A stretch of 64,000 nucleotides of DNA, from assembly GCA_964617955.1 (NCBI GenBank), contig CAZTXB010000010.1:1771-65770 (forward strand), in the 5' to 3' direction. Under the pieces are notes generated by a model. That model was not told the DNA's origin. It did no database searches and saw only the letters and a program-made list of their open reading frames with translations. The translations under genes were made by a program, and so were the position numbers. This stretch comes from an uncultured Chitinophaga sp. (GTDB taxonomy: Bacteria > Bacteroidota > Bacteroidia > NS11-12g > UBA9320). Shown here one piece after another: positions 19,967 through 29,827 of this stretch. Every line of letters begins with the position of its first letter. Position 1 is the stretch's first letter.

Positions 19967-20653
19967 TTAAAAAAAATACTCCACCACATACATGGCCAAA
20001 AGCACGGTGATGGGTATCAAAAAATTATCCATTCCCTTTCTTCCGTAAAGTTCTGTCAGAGAGGCAGCTGTGGCTATGAAAGCTGAGACCCTGGTCACAT
20101 CTTTCATGGCAAAAACATGGGAGGTAAGCAAAATAAAGCAGGATAAGAGGAAGGTCCCAATCCAAAAGGCCAGGGTTCCTCCCACTGATTTGTTTAATTT
20201 CTCGAATTTATGGATGGGGTACCATTGCCCAATGAGAGTGGCTAAAGGATCGCATAAGGTCATGGCTAAAATGGGTAAATAAAAGTAAGCGTAAGAGTGT
20301 GTTACATTGTCCTGGCGGCTGCCTGAATAAAACCAGGCCAGGTATACTAAATAAACTACCATAGGGTAAACAATGCTGCCATAAGTTTTTCGCTTTACGG
20401 CATTAATACTTTTCAAAAAACCATATTGAATACTTAGTACCAGAACCAGCTGATATAAGGCGCAGCTCAACAAAACCCACCAGGGGTTTTTAAAAAAAAC
20501 CGGGAAGCAAAGGCTTAATAAACCAGCCCCAATATGGACTACTTTACGGGTAATTTCAACATGTACTTTTTTATAATGATAAAGCCATCCCGAAAATCCG
20601 AATAAGATAATTCCCAGCATCGATAACCATAAAAAATGGATTGCGTCTGACAT
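19967..20653 (-). CDS. Hypothetical polytopic inner-membrane protein (about 7 TM)
   Basis: 228 aa, almost entirely hydrophobic helices, with a conserved-looking RKVVHIGAG loop. I could not place it in a family with confidence. Confidence 0.5.
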   Translation of the reverse strand: MSDAIHFLWLSMLGIILFGFSGWLYHYKKVHVEITRKVVHIGAGLLSLCFPVFFKNPWWVLLSCALYQLVLVLSIQYGFLKSINAVKRKTYGSIVYPMVVYLVYLAWFYSGSRQDNVTHSYAYFYLPILAMTLCDPLATLIGQWYPIHKFEKLNKSVGGTLAFWIGTFLLSCFILLTSHVFAMKDVTRVSAFIATAASLTELYGRKGMDNFLIPITVLLAMYVVEYFF

Positions 20654-20793
20654 CGGTTAGCTTTAAGCAGCCATTACAAAAGTAACCTTTGAATTTTAAA
20701 TTTAGGTATGGTAGTGTCTCGGGCGTACTTTTAACAGGTCATTCGAATACATGATGGTCATGCGATTGACAAAAGAGATGGGAAGGGTTACTT

Positions 20794-21105
20794 TTAATAT
20801 CTTGAGAATTTGGGCTTTTTATCTTTAAATTCGATACGAATATTTCCCCATTTCGTGCCGGGAAATTCAATTTTCGAAATTCTGTCGAAAGCCATGTCGT
20901 GAAGACTTTCATTTTTAATATAAACGATGTAATATTCTTTCACTTCGAACAGTTCAATTCTGCTGTAGGTGGTTTGGTCAATTTCGAAAATTTTACCCTT
21001 GCCCAAAGCCTCCAGATCTGACTTTTGGTAAAGATCAGGCCAGGAGGTTTGTGTTTGGGCAGAGAGAAAAGCTGCGGCGACGAATATGATTAATAAAGTG
21101 CGCAT
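20794..21105 (-). CDS. Hypothetical small secreted protein
   Basis: 103 aa, signal peptide MRTLLIIFVAAAFLSAQTQ. Lies directly downstream of the CsgG-like outer-membrane protein gene on the same strand. Confidence 0.45.
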   Translation of the reverse strand: MRTLLIIFVAAAFLSAQTQTSWPDLYQKSDLEALGKGKIFEIDQTTYSRIELFEVKEYYIVYIKNESLHDMAFDRISKIEFPGTKWGNIRIEFKDKKPKFSRY

Positions 21106-21128
21106 TTTTCTATTTATTAAAGATTCAG

Positions 21129-22277
21129 TTAAAGACTTTTTGGCTTTTTGTATATGTTGAAACCGAACGAAAATCCGGTAACCCAGCCTTCTTTTTTTGG
21201 CAGAACATATACGTTCACAGGGATATTGAGATAGCCTGATTTAAAAGTGCGTCCTACACCGATAAACAGACTGGTAGAAAGGGTTGCAAAACCCCTATTG
21301 TCCAGGCGGTTTTGAATTTCGTATGGATTTTTTTCGGTCTTTGTCCAGTCTTCCTCCAAATGCCAGGCGTTCACTCCTTCTCCCAGTACATTGTCAGTAT
21401 CGAAAAAACCATCCGCCTTTCTTACGATTCTAAAACTGGGGCCGAAGGCAAATTCCCAACCGGCTTTCCCCATCCTAAACCCATTCAAAAAAGTTGCAGA
21501 GGGTATAAACTTACCGGACTCAAGTCCACCTATCATCGGAAAAAACTCAACCAGAGCTTGAAAATCTCCTGCACTGATGTATTGCTTCTCAAACTGCCAG
21601 CCAATTTGAAAATTGGTAGGGTACATATTAAAGCCACCTTCGCGGGTTGGAGCCTGCAGAACTTTGGCGGCATCGCCAAAGGCCATGGAGGCACCCATTC
21701 GGGGGCCACTGAGTTTCATTTGGGTTTGCGGACTGGCAATAGGTGCCTCATAGTTTACCAAAAGATTTACAATGTTTTGGTCGGGGGTAATGCCCACCAA
21801 TTTTTGCACCGAAATAGCAATCATACGTTGGAGTTCAGGCTGCAAATTCTGGTATTCGGTGGCATTCTGACTTTCAACGGTCTCCGATACGATGTCCAAA
21901 ACTTTGAGTGAAATCACAATTTTTTCTCCAAAGCGCTCTACGCTGCCTGTGATTACCTTGTCTACCCCAAGTGCTTTTCCCGCATTGAGAACACAAGATT
22001 TTCCAAAACATCCCTCCAATTGAATTTCATTTTTCTTTACCAACTCGGCCACATCGTACTTGTCCATCAAAACAAATTTGTTGGTTTTGTCTAACTCCAA
22101 ACCTACCATGTAGGCCACTGCCTTACTGTCATTGATAATCCCTTTGCTGTCAATACCTAAAACGGCCGCCAGGGGTTTGTCTTTGCTTTGTGCTTCTGAA
22201 ATCTTATGACCGAAAAGCAATAACGAACATAAAGCGATCTTAATAAATAAATTTTGAGTTTTCATTTTCTGTATCAA
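21129..22277 (-). CDS. Hypothetical secreted/outer-membrane protein with a CsgG-like N-terminal domain and a C-terminal beta-barrel-like region
   Basis: Signal peptide. N-terminal PLAAVLGIDSKGI..AVAYMVGLELDKTNKFVLMDKYDV..GKALGVDKVITGSV..VISLKVLDIVSETV resembles the CsgG/TolB-N-like fold. The C-terminal 230 aa are rich in alternating aromatic/Gly beta-strands ending ...GFSFGFNIYKKPKSL. Confidence 0.5.
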   Translation of the reverse strand: MIQKMKTQNLFIKIALCSLLLFGHKISEAQSKDKPLAAVLGIDSKGIINDSKAVAYMVGLELDKTNKFVLMDKYDVAELVKKNEIQLEGCFGKSCVLNAGKALGVDKVITGSVERFGEKIVISLKVLDIVSETVESQNATEYQNLQPELQRMIAISVQKLVGITPDQNIVNLLVNYEAPIASPQTQMKLSGPRMGASMAFGDAAKVLQAPTREGGFNMYPTNFQIGWQFEKQYISAGDFQALVEFFPMIGGLESGKFIPSATFLNGFRMGKAGWEFAFGPSFRIVRKADGFFDTDNVLGEGVNAWHLEEDWTKTEKNPYEIQNRLDNRGFATLSTSLFIGVGRTFKSGYLNIPVNVYVLPKKEGWVTGFSFGFNIYKKPKSL

Positions 22278-22628
22278 TTTTGTGATACAAAGGTGGGGCG
22301 ACCAATTGCCTTTGAGAAATGGCTAAACGCCCTTATATAGTCTTGAGTTGCATATTTTGCAAAAAGTAATGCGCTCTTTGCCTTCCAGGTTGCAAATTTT
22401 ATTTTGAGACTTAATCTTCTCCGATCACTATGGTTTGATTTGCAAATAATAATTGACCGAATTGAAAAAAGGGTCAATTATTTTTCTTTTGAATTGAATT
22501 CGGATGTATCGCCTTCTAAATTTGAACGATTTGAAAATTTATGAAGGTCAGCGGAAGCAGCAGTCAAGCAGCTTGCACTCATGTACTTTTATAATATAGG
22601 GGATTGGGGAAAGCGGGAGAAATGCCTC

Positions 22629-23192
22629 TTATAAAGACTCCGCTTCTACGGCTTCCACTTCGGGAACCATTCGCTTTAACAAATTTTCTATACCGGCTTT
22701 TAGAGTTAACGTTGAAGAAGGGCAACCGGAGCAAGAACCTTTCATGGTTACTGTAACCACCCCTTGCTCAAATTTTTTAAAATCTATTGCGCCTCCGTCC
22801 ATTTCAACAGCCGGTTTAACGTGATCTTCCAGTAATTTCTTGATTTTGGTGATGACTTCGTTCTCTTCCTCTGCACTGAGTTCGGTTCTTTTTTCCATAA
22901 TCACCTTACCGGATTCTATGTACTCTTTTAAAAACTTTCTCAATTCAGGTATAATGTCTATCCACTCATAGCCATCGGCTTTGGTGACAGTGATAAAATT
23001 ATTCATGATAAAAATACCATTCACAAAGGGATAGTCAAAGAGTACGGTGGCCAGAGGGCTGTTGGTAACATCTTCTTGTTTCCTGAAATCAACACTTTCA
23101 TTCGGAAAAATCATTCTGTTCACCACAAATTTCATGCTTCCGGGATTCGGAGTCGCTTCGGCATAAACATTCACTATATCGGTTGCGTTCAT
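22629..23192 (-). CDS. Fe-S cluster biogenesis protein, Nfu/NifU family
   Basis: An Nfu_N-like N-terminal domain plus a NifU C-terminal domain with CSGCPSS (C-x2-C). Confidence 0.85.
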   Translation of the reverse strand: MNATDIVNVYAEATPNPGSMKFVVNRMIFPNESVDFRKQEDVTNSPLATVLFDYPFVNGIFIMNNFITVTKADGYEWIDIIPELRKFLKEYIESGKVIMEKRTELSAEEENEVITKIKKLLEDHVKPAVEMDGGAIDFKKFEQGVVTVTMKGSCSGCPSSTLTLKAGIENLLKRMVPEVEAVEAESL

Positions 23193-23238
23193 CGTTATTT
23201 AGAATTATTCTACAAAGGTATTGTTTTATGTCAAAATT

Positions 23239-24372
23239 ATGCTCAAAATGCTTAAAGATTATTTCGGGATTTTAATATTTGGAATTGCAACCTATATAAT
23301 AATACTTTTGAAGGCCCTTTTACAGGGAAATACTTTGAAATCCATTCTTTACTTTTATCCAAACCCGGCCACCTTTGTCACCAAAGATTTATCCATTTTG
23401 GAATCGAAATATTCTGTTAAAAAATTCCTTTTTGCCCAAACCAAACCCTTGGAAACCATGACCTCATTTATTGAACAAGCTTTGTGTTTGTTATGGAATA
23501 TCAGGATAGGAACGGCGGTCATTCAATTTGGAGGTTACCACTCCTTTTTACCCTGCTTATGGGGTTTGTTGTTTAAAAAAAGGACGGTGTTAATATTGGC
23601 AGGTACCGATTGTGCCTCTTTCCCTGAAATTAATTATGGCAACTACCGAAAAAAATTATTGGGATGGATGACTAAAAAATCAATAGAATGGGCTGCAATC
23701 GTCGTTCCTGTACACAAGGCCCTTATCGACTACGAATACACTTATTACAATGCGGTGCATGCCCGCCAGGGTTTCAGGAACTACACAGGCAATTTGAGAG
23801 GAAAATTAGAAGTGGCCGAATATGGTTTTGAGATAAACCACGAGCCTACCTTTACAAACCGCAGCCTCGGGTTTGTAACCATTGCCGGCTTTAACCGAGA
23901 TAATATTTATTACTTAAAAGGCCTGGATCTGATGTGCAAAGTAGCTCCGCATTATCCCGATTTGCCCTTTTTCATTGTGGGGGCAAGTCCTAAATATTTA
24001 AATTATTCGGTTCCCTCTAACGTAAGCATAATGCCTTTTGTAAGTGAAGCCGAGAAGAATCGTATTTTAAGCTCCTATACTTTTTATTTACAATTGTCGC
24101 TGAGTGAAGGTTTTCCTAATGCCCTTTGCGAAGCCATGCAAAATGGAATGATTCCCATTGTCTCAAAGGTATCTTCCATGCCTGATTTGGTTAGCCCGGC
24201 AGGTTTTGTTTTAGATAAGAAGGATGAGGGTGCATTAAAAAATTTGATAGACGTTGTTTTGAAAATGGATTTGGAGGAACTTTCCAAAAAAAATGCCTCA
24301 AAAATAAATACCGCTTATACCCCCCAGCGCCGAAAGGAGCGCTTGCTTGAGATACTTGAAATGACCAATTAA
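23239..24372 (+). CDS. Glycosyltransferase family 4 (GT-B, group 1)
   Basis: C-terminal GT1 motif LSEGFPNALCEAMQNGMIPIV. The start is ambiguous: TTG at 23221, ATG at 23239 or ATG at 23248. Confidence 0.8.
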   Translation: MLKMLKDYFGILIFGIATYIIILLKALLQGNTLKSILYFYPNPATFVTKDLSILESKYSVKKFLFAQTKPLETMTSFIEQALCLLWNIRIGTAVIQFGGYHSFLPCLWGLLFKKRTVLILAGTDCASFPEINYGNYRKKLLGWMTKKSIEWAAIVVPVHKALIDYEYTYYNAVHARQGFRNYTGNLRGKLEVAEYGFEINHEPTFTNRSLGFVTIAGFNRDNIYYLKGLDLMCKVAPHYPDLPFFIVGASPKYLNYSVPSNVSIMPFVSEAEKNRILSSYTFYLQLSLSEGFPNALCEAMQNGMIPIVSKVSSMPDLVSPAGFVLDKKDEGALKNLIDVVLKMDLEELSKKNASKINTAYTPQRRKERLLEILEMTN

Positions 24373-24397
24373 GGACTAACTTTTAGAAAAAAAACTG

Positions 24398-25261
24398 CTA
24401 TTGCTCATCATACAATTTGGTCAGGCCATCCCTTAAACTTGTTTTGGGCGTCCATTTGAGCATGGTTTGTGCTTTGCTTATATCAGCCACCACATTCATA
24501 ATTTCGTTCTTCCTGTATTTTTCAAGTGAATTTATGGTTTTTTCTTTCCCTGAAATTTTAAAAATGGCTTCAATGATTTCTTTCACCGAAATCGACATAC
24601 CCGACCCAATGTTGAGAATCTCAAATTGGTGGGGAACCAAAAACGCCTGGCAAATGGCATCGCAGAAATCATCTATAAAAACGAAGTCTCTTTTTGTAAG
24701 CAAATTGTGCACAGATATTTCCTCGACGGAGTCGTCCTTAACCTGGGCAACAATTTTCGGAAGTAAAAAATAAGGGTCCTGGCCCGGTCCATAAATATTA
24801 AAAGGTCTGAGTACCATTACCTGCAGATTATAGTTATCCGAGTAAAACCTGCATAAGTTTTCGGACGAGTGTTTTCCATAGGAATAAGGACTCGTGAGTT
24901 CAATGGGTGTATCCTCTCCTATGGGCATTTTTTTAGCATTTCCATAGAGGTACGAGCTTATAAAAACGAGATGGGCCTTGTGGTTTTTACAAAACTCAAG
25001 GGTGTCAAGGGTCAATTCAGTGTTTTCTATTAAATAGGCATAGGGTTTTTCCCAACTCTCAATGACCTTGGTATGGCCTGCAAGATGTAAAACTTTTTCT
25101 ATTTTCAGTTCCGATCCGAATTGCTTTGCAAAATTTTCGATGGTGAGCTTACCATAACTTCTCAGCCAGGAATACGCCTTTAGCCGGGGATAATTTTTGC
25201 TCAAAAATTGATTAAAACTTTTGCCTATGAAACCGGTACTCCCGGTCACTAAAATGTTCAT
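24398..25261 (-). CDS. NAD-dependent epimerase/dehydratase (extended SDR) family protein
   Basis: The N-terminal ILVTGSTGFIGKSF Rossmann motif, an S/Y-x3-K catalytic region (SPYSYGKHSSE). Its start overlaps the upstream nucleotidyltransferase stop by 4 nt (ATGA). Confidence 0.8.
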   Translation of the reverse strand: MNILVTGSTGFIGKSFNQFLSKNYPRLKAYSWLRSYGKLTIENFAKQFGSELKIEKVLHLAGHTKVIESWEKPYAYLIENTELTLDTLEFCKNHKAHLVFISSYLYGNAKKMPIGEDTPIELTSPYSYGKHSSENLCRFYSDNYNLQVMVLRPFNIYGPGQDPYFLLPKIVAQVKDDSVEEISVHNLLTKRDFVFIDDFCDAICQAFLVPHQFEILNIGSGMSISVKEIIEAIFKISGKEKTINSLEKYRKNEIMNVVADISKAQTMLKWTPKTSLRDGLTKLYDEQ

Positions 25262-25968
25262 TGCTTAAACTTTTTGGGATTCTCTTCAAAGGTATCAATG
25301 GCCAGTTGATAATCAGAGGGTCGGCCGATGTCGAGCCAAACTCCACTGTGAGGTATAACCTTTACGGCTTGTTTTTCCTTTAAAAGCGTGTGCATTAAAT
25401 GGTCGAAGCCGAAGAAAGTGTTATCCGGAATGTAATCCAGCACTTTATTATTTACAGCATAAATACCCATGCTCACATGAAAAGAGTACTCAGGTTTTTC
25501 TTTAAATTCGGTCAATTCATGATTGGTATTGATATCAAGCACCCCATACTCACTTTTATCGGTTCTTACAAAGGATGAGATCGAAAACAGGCGATTTTCA
25601 TTCAGGTGATTGTCCATAAATTTTTGAAAATCCAAATCGGTCAATACATCCCCGTTCAACACCAAAAAATTATCGGGCAGATCTTTAATCAATTTTAGGG
25701 GCCCCATGGTGCTCAAAGGCTTGTCCTCTATCGAATAGTCGATTTTAAGTCCTAATTTCTTTCCATCCTGAAAGTAGGCCATGATAATTTCGGCTAAATG
25801 ATTTACAGCCACCGTAATATGCGTAAAACCCGCCAATTTAAGCTGATTGAGCAAAATTTCCATGATAGGCAAAGAACCTACCGGAACCAATGGTTTAGGC
25901 AGCGATATGGTGTAGGGTTTTAAACGGGTACCCTGTCCGCCGGCTAAAATGACTGCTCTTTTTTCCAT
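25258..25968 (-). CDS. Sugar-phosphate nucleotidyltransferase (NTP_transferase family)
   Basis: The N-terminal AVILAGGQGTRLKPYTISLPKPLVPV is the canonical sugar-1-P nucleotidyltransferase G-x-G-T-R-L motif. Translationally coupled to the SDR gene. Confidence 0.8.
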   Translation of the reverse strand: MEKRAVILAGGQGTRLKPYTISLPKPLVPVGSLPIMEILLNQLKLAGFTHITVAVNHLAEIIMAYFQDGKKLGLKIDYSIEDKPLSTMGPLKLIKDLPDNFLVLNGDVLTDLDFQKFMDNHLNENRLFSISSFVRTDKSEYGVLDINTNHELTEFKEKPEYSFHVSMGIYAVNNKVLDYIPDNTFFGFDHLMHTLLKEKQAVKVIPHSGVWLDIGRPSDYQLAIDTFEENPKKFKQ

Positions 25969-26152
25969 TTAAGATTCAATGTTTAGGGGTGCAATTTCTT
26001 TAAATATAGGCAAATAAGAAAATCTATTTTCCTGCCAACTCACTCTACGCTCTTTAATCATCCATCTCGTTCTCATTTCTCTCATCTCTGCTTTGCTCCT
26101 TTTCGCCTCCTGTTCTAATTTACATCTAAGCCTGTCCAGAGCAATTGGTTTA

Positions 26153-26190
26153 ATAAAAAAAACCACCGAATCGACGGTGGTTTTTAAAAA
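26153..26190 (-). terminator. Rho-independent terminator of the PPIase gene: perfect 10-bp stem AAAACCACCG/CGGTGGTTTT, A-run on plus = U-run on minus
   Basis: Read directly: stem 26159-26168 / 26175-26184, 6-nt loop. On the minus strand an 8-10 nt U tract follows the hairpin, 14 nt past the PPIase stop (26204). Confidence 0.65.
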
Positions 26191-26203
26191 TTGTTGAATC
26201 AAA

Positions 26204-27241
26204 TTATCGTGCCGAAATCAGTTCGGTTTCAAAGATGAGTGTGGTGTTAGGAGGAATTACTCCGCCTGCACCATGCTCACCATATCCTAATTTTGAAGGG
26301 ATGATAAGCTTATATTTTGCACCTGGGCTCATCAATGCGATGCCTTCGTCCCAACCCGGAATCACTTGTCCGATACCCAAGGTAAAACTCAAAGGTTCTC
26401 CTCTGCCGTATGACTCGTCGAAAATCCTTCCATCGGTAAACATTCCTTTGTAATGCACCTTTACCGAATCACCCGCCTTGGCTTTAGTACCGCTGCCTTC
26501 CTTTTCAACCACATAATACAATCCGCTGGCTGTTTTAAGCGCCTTTGGATAAGTGGCTTTAACCCAATCGGCAAAAATGGATTCGGCGTTGGCTTTTGCA
26601 TAAACTTCTTTATTAATAATATCTTGCTTTAGTTTGTCGAAAGCGGCCTGATCGGCTACATAATCTTTGGCATCTTTACCTACCCTTATAATTTCTACGC
26701 TTTGGAGTATATCACCGGTGCGCGAGGTGTTCACTATGTCTTGTCCTTCAACTACTTTACCAAAAATGGAGTGTTTGCCATCGAGCCAAGGTGTGGCCAC
26801 AATGGTAATAAAAAACTGGCTGCCATTGGTGGCAGGACCCGAATTGGCCATAGATAAATATCCGGGACCATCGTGCTTCAAGCCGGGGGCAAATTCATCG
26901 GCAAATGAATAACCCGGACCTCCGGTTCCATTTCCTTTGGGGTCGCCACCTTGCACCATAAAATCCTGGCCATCGCCATTGGCTTTGCTAATGACCCGGT
27001 GAAATTTAAGGTTATCATAGAAAGGCTCGCCCGAGGCTTTGGCGGTATTTTTAATTTTTCCTTCGGCCAATCCTACAAAATTGCAAACGGTAAGAGGGGC
27101 CTCCTTATAAAAAAGTTTGATTAAGATGGTGCCACGGTTGGTGGTCATTTTGGCATAAAGGCCGTTTTCTGTTTGGGCTGATAATTCCAATGTAAAAGCT
27201 ATTAAAAAAAGAGCTGCGAAAATAGGTTTTAAAATTCTCAT
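26204..27241 (-). CDS. Secreted dual-family peptidyl-prolyl cis-trans isomerase (N-terminal cyclophilin domain + C-terminal FKBP domain)
   Basis: Signal peptide. Cyclophilin motifs ([37 protein letters not shown]). FKBP motifs ([46 protein letters not shown]). Confidence 0.85.
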   Translation of the reverse strand: MRILKPIFAALFLIAFTLELSAQTENGLYAKMTTNRGTILIKLFYKEAPLTVCNFVGLAEGKIKNTAKASGEPFYDNLKFHRVISKANGDGQDFMVQGGDPKGNGTGGPGYSFADEFAPGLKHDGPGYLSMANSGPATNGSQFFITIVATPWLDGKHSIFGKVVEGQDIVNTSRTGDILQSVEIIRVGKDAKDYVADQAAFDKLKQDIINKEVYAKANAESIFADWVKATYPKALKTASGLYYVVEKEGSGTKAKAGDSVKVHYKGMFTDGRIFDESYGRGEPLSFTLGIGQVIPGWDEGIALMSPGAKYKLIIPSKLGYGEHGAGGVIPPNTTLIFETELISAR

Positions 27242-27344
27242 GTGTTACTGGTTGTATTTGAATTTTTGTTTTACAATTTTGGTTCCAAAAATAATGGAAT
27301 TTGCACAAAGCTGATTTTAGAAATTGTTCGCTGAGTGTAATTTA

Positions 27345-27472
27345 ATACCAATGTGATTTACAGCATAGACAAATATTATGTAAATCATACCGTGGTAAAT
27401 GCCTGTGGATACAAATGTTTAGCACAAATTGGGAAACAAAAATTTGGGCTCTGACATTTATCCCATTGGTAG
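27345..27472. repeat. Copy B1 of a roughly 125-bp intergenic repeat family (ATACCAATG-like motifs at both ends and internally)
   Basis: Aligns by eye to 48033-48158, 28890-29010 and the minus-strand 49086-49209 (core ...TTATGTAAATnATnCnnTGGTAAATGCCnnTGGATACnAATGTTTAGnACAAAT...AAAATTTGG...CCAAT.GGTA). Ends are AATACCAATGTG / CCCATTGGTAG, so inverted. Confidence 0.6.
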
Positions 27473-27508
27473 ATGTGAAAGAATGCAAGTTTTTCACGAC
27501 TATGCGTG

Positions 27509-28798
27509 TCAATCCAATAATTTTATGAGTTTTTCTGCGGCGGCCTTGCGACTGAAGGCGCTTACATCAAAAGTGCTTTTTGCAGGTATATTTTGCTGCC
27601 AATTTTGAAAACTTAACCCTAAAAATTGGGCGATGCCTTTCAGGTCTTCAATCGCAAAAAAGCCTGAAATGTTTTGTTGACTTACCAATGCAGCGGCATC
27701 GCTCAAGGGATCGCCAATGCCTAGAATAGGCGTTCCGGAAGCGAGGTATTCCATCGTTTTTGTGCTTACAATCAACCGCGTTTCTCCTTCCATAGGTGGG
27801 CACAAAAGCAACAGCGAGCTGCTAACCATGGATTCAACAGCCTCTCTGCGGGGCAGAAATTTTTGCTGAATCAGGTTTAGCTCAGGAAGACTTCCTTTTA
27901 GCAATTCCAAATGTCCACCATACACCGAGCCGGTTAAACGCAATTCGACTTTGCTCAGATCTATGCCCGATTGCTTTAACGCATGCATAAACACATCAAA
28001 CTTCTGGCTAGGTCCAAGTAAACCAAGATGGGTGATTACAAACTTATTTTTTTCAGTAGGGGTCTTAACTCCGTCAAACAAGGCCTGGTCATAACCATTA
28101 AAGATGACCTGAGGGCTTTTGTCCATGCCCATTTTACTCTTTAACAGCTCAGCCATCGATGGACCGACAGTCAAAACCAAATCGGCTGCGTTCAACACCT
28201 TTAATTCCAGAGCTTTATCTCGTTTTTTAGCCCAATTGAATCGGTACACATTTTGTAGAAAATAAATTTCAGACCAGGGGTCTCTGAAATCTGCCATCCA
28301 TTTAACACCAAACTTTTTGGCTAGATAAAGTGCCGCTAAATGGGTGGAGTGAGGGGGCCCTGTACTAATAATCCAGGTAAATTTTTCTTCATTGAGCGCT
28401 TTGACGGCTGCTTTTTTAAGATAGGGGTTCCATCCCTTTCTGGCATCAGGAATAAAAAAATTAGCCCTCACAAAAGCCATTATTTTTCCGAACCATCCGC
28501 CTGTATTGTTTCCAAGATCGCCATAGGGAATTTGCTTTTTTACGGTTCCCGACTTTAAGAACGAATACCATTTAAAAGGTTCCAGAGTGTCTGTATAAAG
28601 GGTATCGATGGCATCCACCATGTCCATTTGTGTTTCATCTATGAGAGGATAAGACGCCTTTTCCGGATTTACAGTAATGACCAGAGGATTGTAACCTGCG
28701 AGTTTGAGGTATTTGGCAAAATACATCCACCTCTGCACACCTCCCCCTCCGCTGGGCGGCCAGTAATAGGTGAGTATGAGTATGCGCCCTGAATTCAT
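27509..28798 (-). CDS. Glycosyltransferase (GT4-like, N-terminal YYWPP motif family)
   Basis: N-terminal RILILTYYWPPSGGGGVQRW, typical of a GT-B glycosyltransferase subgroup. I placed the start at the internal ATG (28798, MNSGRIL); the track start is 28843. Confidence 0.8.
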   Translation of the reverse strand: MNSGRILILTYYWPPSGGGGVQRWMYFAKYLKLAGYNPLVITVNPEKASYPLIDETQMDMVDAIDTLYTDTLEPFKWYSFLKSGTVKKQIPYGDLGNNTGGWFGKIMAFVRANFFIPDARKGWNPYLKKAAVKALNEEKFTWIISTGPPHSTHLAALYLAKKFGVKWMADFRDPWSEIYFLQNVYRFNWAKKRDKALELKVLNAADLVLTVGPSMAELLKSKMGMDKSPQVIFNGYDQALFDGVKTPTEKNKFVITHLGLLGPSQKFDVFMHALKQSGIDLSKVELRLTGSVYGGHLELLKGSLPELNLIQQKFLPRREAVESMVSSSLLLLCPPMEGETRLIVSTKTMEYLASGTPILGIGDPLSDAAALVSQQNISGFFAIEDLKGIAQFLGLSFQNWQQNIPAKSTFDVSAFSRKAAAEKLIKLLD

Positions 28799-28889
28799 AT
28801 TATGCCGACGCAAATTTAAGCCCCCTTTATCTAAATGTACCATACATCTGGCGAATTCTTAAAACAAAACCGTTTCGAATACTCATGAC

Positions 28890-29010
28890 CATGAGATTTA
28901 CATAATATTGCTATTTTGTAAATCTTACAGTGGTATATTCCCATAGCCATAAATGCTTAGGGCAAATTGAGGAAAGCACGTTTGAACCTATGCTTTTGTT
29001 CAATCGGTAT
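28890..29010. repeat. Copy B2 (more degenerate) of the roughly 125-bp repeat family
   Basis: ...TTTGTAAATCTTACAGTGGTATATTCCCATAGCCATAAATGCTTAGGGCAAATTGAGGAAAGCACGTTTGA...TTCAATCGGTAT aligns to the B1/B3 core. Left boundary unclear. Confidence 0.4.
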
Positions 29011-29113
29011 AAAATGAAGCACCACATTTCCTCACAACTGTTTATAACATTTTAATAAAGCCATATATGAATTACTAAACTTTGTGCGTTGATAATAAAA
29101 CTTCATAAATCCA

Positions 29114-29815
29114 ATGCTCTTATCTATTTTATTACAAGCCAACGTCGCTTCAACCGATTCAACAGCCAATAATGGCGCCGAGGCCGGGACCGGCCAGGGT
29201 CTCAATATTCTTGATATGCTTATAAAGGGTGGGCCTATCATGATCCCAATTGCCTTGTGCAGTATAATCGCTGTTTACATTATGGTTGAACGCTACTTTA
29301 ACATTAAGCAAAAGTTTAAAATCAATCAAAATTTCATGTCGTCTATCAAAGATAATGTGGTGAACGGCAATATCAGCTCTGCTCTGAACCTGTGCCGTAC
29401 CAACCCAACGCCGGTTTCGAGAATGGTTGAAAAAGGACTTTTGAGAATTGGCAAGCCTTTAAAAGACATTGAAACCAGTATGGAAAATGTGGGTAATTTA
29501 GAGATTTCTAAAGCGGAGAAAAATTTGGGAATTTTGGGAATTATCGCAGGTATTGCACCCATGCTTGGGTTCATAGGGACGATTTTAGGGGTTATAAAAA
29601 TATTTTACGACATCGCTCAAACCGATAACTTTAGCATCAGCACCATTGCCGGGGGCTTATATCAAAAAATGATTACAAGTCTGGCCGGATTGGTTGTGGG
29701 GGTATTTGCTTACTCCGGTTACCATTTGCTCATGCTCATGGTCGACCGACTGACTTTTAGAATAGAGGCAGCCGTTATTGAATTTGTAGATATCTTGCAG
29801 GAACCCACACGTTAA
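29114..29815 (+). CDS. exbB: MotA/TolQ/ExbB proton-channel family protein
   Basis: 233 aa with a 3-TM topology and the conserved C-terminal MotA_ExbB region (GIAPMLGFIGTILGVI...). Immediately followed by an ExbD/TolR gene. Confidence 0.8.
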   Translation: MLLSILLQANVASTDSTANNGAEAGTGQGLNILDMLIKGGPIMIPIALCSIIAVYIMVERYFNIKQKFKINQNFMSSIKDNVVNGNISSALNLCRTNPTPVSRMVEKGLLRIGKPLKDIETSMENVGNLEISKAEKNLGILGIIAGIAPMLGFIGTILGVIKIFYDIAQTDNFSISTIAGGLYQKMITSLAGLVVGVFAYSGYHLLMLMVDRLTFRIEAAVIEFVDILQEPTR

Positions 29816-29827
29816 TCCATAAACACT

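Noticed and set aside
21312-21911. 199-aa plus-strand ORF
   Set aside because: It is antisense inside the 382-aa outer-membrane protein gene, with no motifs.
25969-26202. 77-aa ORF (TTG start) upstream of the nucleotidyltransferase gene
   Set aside because: It spans the perfect hairpin terminator of the PPIase gene (26153-26190), has no ATG start and a low-complexity product. The region is more likely a terminator plus promoter.
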